Below, piece by piece: positions 56,454 to 64,000 of a stretch of DNA of 64,000 nucleotides; the stretch's first letter is position 1, and each line of letters begins with the position of its first letter. Both the position numbers and the translations under genes were made by a program. Source of the stretch: Escherichia coli (GTDB taxonomy: Bacteria; Pseudomonadota; Gammaproteobacteria; Enterobacterales; Enterobacteriaceae). Location of the stretch: NCBI RefSeq assembly GCF_050920415.1, contig NZ_CP169309.1; one strand, given 5' to 3'. A model generated the notes under the pieces. That model worked only from the letters and a program-made list of their open reading frames with translations, was not told the origin of the DNA and did no database searches.

Positions 56454-57218
56454 CTAAACCCCAACCACTTTCCGCAAAATATCGATATATACCGGCATCA
56501 ACGGGTGGCGAATTAACACCACCAGCGCCACCACGCCGATGGCAGAAATCAACGGTGTCAACCACAACAAATGACCGCGCGACAAATAATGACTTAAACG
56601 ATCAGTTACCTTGCCGCTGCGCCATAACCGCCAACACAGCCAGCCGCCAACCCACAAAAACACCGCTGTTGCCAGCAGCAACCACTTAAATTCACCGCTC
56701 TGCATCCCGGCAGGAATATCGATCGCCGCACCCGCCAGAATCCCCGGCAGGAAGTAAAACGGAGGCCATAACAGGCAGCCGATAATATTTGGCGTAATAA
56801 ATTTCGCCACCGGGAGATCCAACATTCCCGCCACCATTGGCACCAGCGGACGCGTCGGGCCGACAAAACGACCGACCAGAATGGTAAACATGCTGTGTTG
56901 ATGCAACGCATGTTCAGTTTTATCGAGTAATGCTTTGTTCTTCTTCAGAAATGACCAGCGATGCAACGGCTTTTTAAAACGCCAGCCCAGCCAGAAGGAG
57001 ATCCAGTCGCCCAGCAGGCAACCGACGATCCCTGCCAGCCAGGCGTGCCAGAAACTTAACTCGCCGCTGCCAATCAGCGCCCCCAGTCCCGCCATTAGCA
57101 CCGTACCGGGTAAAATCAAACCGACCAGCGCCAGCGACTCCAGAAAGGCCACCAACACCACCGCCATCAATGAATACACGGTGGATTGGGTAATAAAGTG
57201 TTCCAGCAATGCTTGCAT
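56454..57218 (-). CDS. yabI: DedA-family inner membrane protein
   Basis: 254 aa polytopic ORF (MQALLEHFITQSTVYSLMAVVLVAFLESLALVGLILPG..). Confidence 0.93.
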   Translation of the reverse strand: MQALLEHFITQSTVYSLMAVVLVAFLESLALVGLILPGTVLMAGLGALIGSGELSFWHAWLAGIVGCLLGDWISFWLGWRFKKPLHRWSFLKKNKALLDKTEHALHQHSMFTILVGRFVGPTRPLVPMVAGMLDLPVAKFITPNIIGCLLWPPFYFLPGILAGAAIDIPAGMQSGEFKWLLLATAVFLWVGGWLCWRLWRSGKVTDRLSHYLSRGHLLWLTPLISAIGVVALVVLIRHPLMPVYIDILRKVVGV

Positions 57219-57303
57219 AATGTGCCTGTCAAATGGACGAAGCAGGGATTCTGCAAACCCTATGCTACTCCGTCAAGCCGTCAATCATCTGATTCGTTAC
57301 CAA

Positions 57304-58182
57304 TTATGACAACTTGACGGCTACATCATTCACTTTTTCTTCACAACCGGCACGGAACTCACTTGGGCTGGCCCCGGTGCATTTTTTAAATACCCGCGAG
57401 AAATAGAGTTGATCGTCAAAACCAACATTGCGACCGACGGTAGCGATAGGCATCCGGGTGGTGCTCAAAAGCAGCTTCGCCTGACTAATGCGTTGGTCCT
57501 CGCGCCAGCTTAAGACGCTAATTCCTAACTGCTGGCGGAACAGATGCGACAGACGCGACGGCGACAGGCAAACATGCTGTGCGACGCTGGCGATATCAAA
57601 ATTGCTGTCTGCCAGGTGATCGCTGATGTACTGACAAGCCTCGCGTACCCGATTATCCATCGGTGGATGGAGCGACTCGTTAATTGCTTCCATGCGCCGA
57701 AGTAACAATTGCTCAAGCAGATTTATCGCCAGCAGCTCCGAATAGCGCCCTTCCCCTTGCCCGGCGTTAATGATTTGCCCAAACAGGTCGCTGAAATGCG
57801 GCTGGTGCGCTTCATCCGGGCGAAAGAAACCGGTATTGGCAAATATCGACGGCCAGTTAAGCCATTCATGCCAGTAGGCGCGCGGACGAAAGTAAACCCA
57901 CTGGTGATACCATTCGCGAGCCTCCGGATGACGACCGTAGTGATGAATCTCTCCTGGCGGGAACAGCAAAATATCACCAGGGCGGCAGACAAATTCTCGT
58001 CCCTGATTTTTCACCACCCCCTGGCCGCGTATGGTGAGATTGAGAATATAACCCTTCATTCCCAGTGGTCGGTCGATAAAAAAATCGAGATATCCGTTGG
58101 CCTCAATCGGCGTTAAACCCGCCACCAGATGGGCGTTAAACGAGTATCCCGGCAGCAGGGGATCATTTTGCGCTTCAGCCAT
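57304..58182 (-). CDS. araC: Arabinose operon regulator AraC
   Basis: ORF 57304..58233; start taken at ATG 58182 ([41 protein letters not shown].., 292 aa). Confidence 0.96.
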
Positions 58183-60221
<2,039 letters not shown>

Positions 60222-60231
60222 GGACACGACA

Positions 60232-61734
60232 ATGACGATTTTTGATAATTATGAAGTGTGGTTTGTAATTGGCAGCCAGCATCTGTATGGCCCGGAAACC
60301 CTGCGTCAGGTCACCCAACATGCCGAGCACGTCGTTAATGCGCTGAATACGGAAGCGAAACTGCCCTGCAAACTGGTGCTGAAACCGCTGGGCACCACGC
60401 CGGATGAAATCACCGCTATTTGCCGCGACGCGAATTACGACGATCGTTGTGCAGGTCTGGTGGTATGGCTGCACACCTTCTCTCCAGCCAAAATGTGGAT
60501 TAACGGCCTGACCATGCTCAACAAACCGTTGCTGCAATTCCACACCCAGTTCAACGCGGCGCTGCCGTGGGATAGCATCGATATGGACTTTATGAACCTG
60601 AACCAGACTGCACATGGCGGTCGCGAGTTCGGCTTTATTGGCGCGCGTATGCGTCAGCAACATGCTGTCGTTACCGGTCACTGGCAGGATAAACAGGCAC
60701 ATGAGCGTATCGGCTCATGGATGCGTCAGGCGGTATCTAAACAGGATACCCGTCATCTGAAAGTCTGCCGTTTTGGCGATAACATGCGTGAAGTGGCGGT
60801 CACCGATGGCGATAAAGTTGCCGCACAGATCAAGTTCGGTTTCTCCGTCAATACCTGGGCGGTTGGCGATCTGGTGCAGGTAGTGAACTCTATCAGCGAT
60901 GGCGATGTTAACGCGCTGGTCGATGAGTACGAAAGCTGCTACACCATGACGCCTGCGACACAAATCCACGGCGAAAAACGACAGAACGTGCTGGAAGCGG
61001 CGCGTATTGAGCTGGGGATGAAGCGTTTCCTGGAACAAGGTGGCTTCCATGCGTTCACCACCACCTTTGAAGATTTGCACGGTCTGAAGCAGCTTCCAGG
61101 CCTGGCCGTGCAGCGTCTGATGCAGCAGGGCTACGGCTTTGCGGGCGAAGGCGACTGGAAAACTGCCGCCCTGCTTCGCATCATGAAGGTGATGTCAACC
61201 GGTCTGCAGGGCGGCACCTCTTTTATGGAGGACTATACCTACCACTTCGAGAAAGGTAATGACCTGGTGCTCGGCTCCCACATGCTGGAAGTCTGCCCGT
61301 CGATCGCCGCAGAAGAGAAACCGATCCTCGACGTTCAGCACCTCGGTATTGGTGGTAAAGACGACCCGGCCCGCCTAATCTTCAACACCCAAACCGGTCC
61401 GGCCATTGTCGCCAGCCTGATTGATCTCGGCGATCGTTACCGTCTGCTGGTTAACTGCATCGACACGGTGAAAACGCCGCACACCCTGCCGAAACTGCCG
61501 GTGGCGAATGCGCTGTGGAAAGCGCAGCCGGATCTACCAACCGCTTCCGAAGCGTGGATCCTTGCTGGTGGCGCGCACCACACCGTCTTCAGCCATGCGT
61601 TGAACCTCAACGATATGCGCCAGTTTGCCGAGATGCACGACATTGAAATCACGGTGATTGATAACGACACCCGCCTGCCAGCGTTTAAAGACGCGCTGCG
61701 CTGGAACGAAGTGTATTACGGATTTCGTCGCTAA
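60232..61734 (+). CDS. araA: L-arabinose isomerase
   Basis: 500 aa ORF ([39 protein letters not shown]..). Confidence 0.97.
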   Translation: MTIFDNYEVWFVIGSQHLYGPETLRQVTQHAEHVVNALNTEAKLPCKLVLKPLGTTPDEITAICRDANYDDRCAGLVVWLHTFSPAKMWINGLTMLNKPLLQFHTQFNAALPWDSIDMDFMNLNQTAHGGREFGFIGARMRQQHAVVTGHWQDKQAHERIGSWMRQAVSKQDTRHLKVCRFGDNMREVAVTDGDKVAAQIKFGFSVNTWAVGDLVQVVNSISDGDVNALVDEYESCYTMTPATQIHGEKRQNVLEAARIELGMKRFLEQGGFHAFTTTFEDLHGLKQLPGLAVQRLMQQGYGFAGEGDWKTAALLRIMKVMSTGLQGGTSFMEDYTYHFEKGNDLVLGSHMLEVCPSIAAEEKPILDVQHLGIGGKDDPARLIFNTQTGPAIVASLIDLGDRYRLLVNCIDTVKTPHTLPKLPVANALWKAQPDLPTASEAWILAGGAHHTVFSHALNLNDMRQFAEMHDIEITVIDNDTRLPAFKDALRWNEVYYGFRR

Positions 61735-61737
61735 GTA

Positions 61738-61835
61738 GCTGCATCAGGTATGTAACGCCTGATGCGACGCTGACGCGTCTTATCAGGCCTACGCGCTGTG
61801 ATTTTGTAGGCCGGATAAGCAAAGCGCATCCGGCA
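61738..61835. repeat. REP palindromic repeats (araA-araD intergenic)
   Basis: GCATCAGGtatgtaACGCCTGATGCGACGCTGACGCGTCTTATCAGGCCTAC and GTAGGCCGGATAAGCAAAGCGCATCCGGCA units. Confidence 0.85.
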
Positions 61836-61848
61836 CGAAGGAGTCAAC

Positions 61849-62544
61849 ATGTTAGAAGATCTCAAACGTCAGGTTTTAGAAGCCAACCTGGCGCTGCCAA
61901 AACACAACCTGGTCACGCTGACCTGGGGCAACGTCAGCGCCGTTGATCGCGAGCGCGGCGTCCTGGTGATCAAACCTTCCGGCGTCGATTACAACGTTAT
62001 GACCGCTGACGATATGGTCGTGGTCAGCATCGAAACCGGTGAAGTGGTTGAAGGTACGAAAAAGCCCTCCTCCGACACGCCAACTCACCGGCTGCTCTAT
62101 CAGGCATTCCCGTCCATTGGCGGCATTGTGCATACGCACTCCCGCCACGCCACCATCTGGGCGCAGGCGGGCCAGTCAATTCCGGCAACCGGCACCACCC
62201 ACGCCGACTATTTCTACGGCACCATTCCCTGCACCCGCAAAATGACCGACGCAGAAATCAACGGCGAATATGAGTGGGAAACCGGTAACGTCATCGTTGA
62301 AACCTTCGAAAAACAGGGGATCGACGCAGCACAAATGCCCGGCGTTCTGGTCCATTCTCACGGCCCGTTTGCATGGGGCAAAAATGCCGAAGATGCGGTG
62401 CACAACGCCATCGTACTGGAAGAAGTCGCTTATATGGGGATTTTCTGCCGCCAGCTTGCTCCGCAGTTACCGGATATGCAGCAAACATTGCTGGATAAGC
62501 ACTATCTGCGTAAACATGGTGCGAAGGCATATTACGGGCAGTGA
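61849..62544 (+). CDS. araD: L-ribulose-5-phosphate 4-epimerase
   Basis: 231 aa class II aldolase-family ORF ([46 protein letters not shown]..). Confidence 0.97.
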   Translation: MLEDLKRQVLEANLALPKHNLVTLTWGNVSAVDRERGVLVIKPSGVDYNVMTADDMVVVSIETGEVVEGTKKPSSDTPTHRLLYQAFPSIGGIVHTHSRHATIWAQAGQSIPATGTTHADYFYGTIPCTRKMTDAEINGEYEWETGNVIVETFEKQGIDAAQMPGVLVHSHGPFAWGKNAEDAVHNAIVLEEVAYMGIFCRQLAPQLPDMQQTLLDKHYLRKHGAKAYYGQ

Positions 62545-62564
62545 TGACTGTATAAAACCACAGC
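62545..62564 (+). promoter_or_regulatory. LexA (SOS) box upstream of polB
   Basis: TGACTGTATAAAACCACAGC contains CTGT-N8-ACAG; begins immediately after the araD stop, 55 bp upstream of the polB GTG. Confidence 0.6.
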
Positions 62565-62573
62565 CAGTCAACC

Positions 62574-62604
62574 AAAACCAGGCTATACTCAAGCCTGGTT
62601 TTTT
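62574..62604 (+). terminator. Intrinsic terminator after araBAD
   Basis: aaaACCAGGCT-atactca-AGCCTGGT-tttttt, 30 bp downstream of the araD stop. Confidence 0.8.
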
Positions 62605-62618
62605 GATGGAATTTCAGC

Positions 62619-64000
62619 GTGGCGCAGGCAGGTTTTATCTTAACCCGACACTGGCGGGACACCCCGCAAGGGACAGAGGTCTCTTTCTGGTTAGCGACGG
62701 ACAACGGGCCGTTACAGGTTATGCTTGCACCGCAAGAGTCCGTGGCGTTTATTCCCGCCGATCAGGTTCCCCGCGCTCAGCATATTTTGCAGGGTGAACA
62801 AGGCTTTCGCTTGACGCCGCTGGCGTTAAAAGATTTTCACCGCCAGCCGGTGTATGGCCTTTACTGTCGCGCCCATCGCCAGTTAATGAATTACGAAAAG
62901 CGCCTGCGTGAAGGTGGCGTTACCGTCTACGAGGCCGATGTGCGCCCGCCAGAACGCTATCTGATGGAGCGGTTTATCACCTCTCCGGTGTGGGTCGAGG
63001 GTGATATGCGCAATGGCGCTATCGTTAATGCCCGTCTGAAACCGCATCCCGACTACCGCCCGCCGCTCAAGTGGGTTTCTATTGATATTGAAACCACCCG
63101 CCACGGTGAACTGTACTGCATCGGTCTGGAAGGCTGCGGGCAGCGCATCGTTTATATGCTGGGGCCGAAGAATGGCGATGCCTCCGCGCTTGATTTCGAA
63201 CTGGAGTACGTCGCCAGTCGTCCGCAGCTGCTGGAAAAACTCAACGCCTGGTTTGCTAACCACGATCCTGATGTGATCATCGGCTGGAACGTGGTGCAGT
63301 TCGATCTGCGAATGCTGCAAAAACATGCCGAGCGCTACCGTATTCCACTGCGTCTGGGGCGCGATAACAGTGAGCTGGAGTGGCGCGAGCATGGCTTTAA
63401 AAACGGTGTGTTTTTTGCCCAGGCTAAAGGTCGGCTAATTATCGACGGTATTGAGGCGCTGAAATCTGCATTCTGGAATTTCTCTTCATTCTCGCTGGAA
63501 ACCGTCGCTCAGGAGTTATTAGGCGAAGGAAAATCTATCGATAACCCGTGGGATCGGATGGACGAAATTGACCGCCGTTTCGCCGAAGATAAACCTGCGC
63601 TGGCGACTTATAACCTGAAAGATTGCGAGCTGGTGACGCAGATCTTCCACAAAACTGAAATCATGCCGTTTCTACTCGAACGGGCGACGGTGAACGGCCT
63701 CCCAGTAGATCGGCACGGGGGATCGGTGGCGGCGTTTGGTCATCTCTATTTTCCGCGAATGCATCGTGCTGGTTATGTCGCGCCTAATCTCGGCGAAGTG
63801 CCGCCGCACGCCAGCCCTGGCGGCTATGTGATGGATTCGCGGCCTGGTCTGTATGATTCGGTGCTGGTGCTGGACTATAAAAGCCTGTACCCGTCGATCA
63901 TCCGCACCTATCTGATTGATCCCGTCGGGCTGGTGGAAGGCATGGCGCAGCCTGATCCAGAGCACAGCACCGAAGGCTTTCTCGATGCCTGGTTCTCGCG
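62619..64000 (+). CDS. polB: DNA polymerase II (B family), 5' portion (3' end outside window)
   Basis: Frame open from GTG 62619 to the window end; translates [30 protein letters not shown].. with exonuclease motifs and the pol motif [10 protein letters not shown]; not in the ORF track because no stop lies in-window. Confidence 0.93.
   Translation, partial: MAQAGFILTRHWRDTPQGTEVSFWLATDNGPLQVMLAPQESVAFIPADQVPRAQHILQGEQGFRLTPLALKDFHRQPVYGLYCRAHRQLMNYEKRLREGGVTVYEADVRPPERYLMERFITSPVWVEGDMRNGAIVNARLKPHPDYRPPLKWVSIDIETTRHGELYCIGLEGCGQRIVYMLGPKNGDASALDFELEYVASRPQLLEKLNAWFANHDPDVIIGWNVVQFDLRMLQKHAERYRIPLRLGRDNSELEWREHGFKNGVFFAQAKGRLIIDGIEALKSAFWNFSSFSLETVAQELLGEGKSIDNPWDRMDEIDRRFAEDKPALATYNLKDCELVTQIFHKTEIMPFLLERATVNGLPVDRHGGSVAAFGHLYFPRMHRAGYVAPNLGEVPPHASPGGYVMDSRPGLYDSVLVLDYKSLYPSIIRTYLIDPVGLVEGMAQPDPEHSTEGFLDAWFS

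Overview
This 64 kb window is core Escherichia coli-type chromosome (or a very close relative such as Shigella), and I find no evidence of a previously undescribed system in it. It reads as the reverse complement of the K-12 region running from polB and araDABC through thiBPQ, sgrR-sgrS, leuLABCD, leuO, ilvIH, cra, the complete dcw cell-wall/division cluster (mraZ to ftsZ), lpxC, secM-secA, mutT, yacG-zapD-coaE, guaC, the cryptic type IV pilin operon ppdD-hofB-hofC, nadC, ampD-ampE, aroP and pdhR-aceE-aceF-lpdA, ending in the 3' part of yacH. Supported features are 56 protein-coding genes (two cut by the window edges), the SgrS sRNA with its embedded sgrT ORF, a TPP riboswitch ahead of thiBPQ, the leu attenuator, three REP/BIME repeat clusters, several intrinsic terminators and a few recognisable operator sites. 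Every gene looks intact, coding density is about 90%, and there is no rRNA, tRNA, CRISPR array, IS element, integrase or prophage-like block. Gene identities come from recognising the translated ORFs and their synteny; start codons were re-picked where the ORF track over-extended upstream (it uses the longest ATG/GTG/TTG start). The most notable strain-specific feature is that setA is absent, so leuD and sgrS are only 33 bp apart; this and all other comparisons to K-12 are from memory and need an alignment to confirm. Other points worth a second look are a terminator-like hairpin facing the wrong way beside cra, and the araBAD terminator sitting between the polB LexA box and the polB start.
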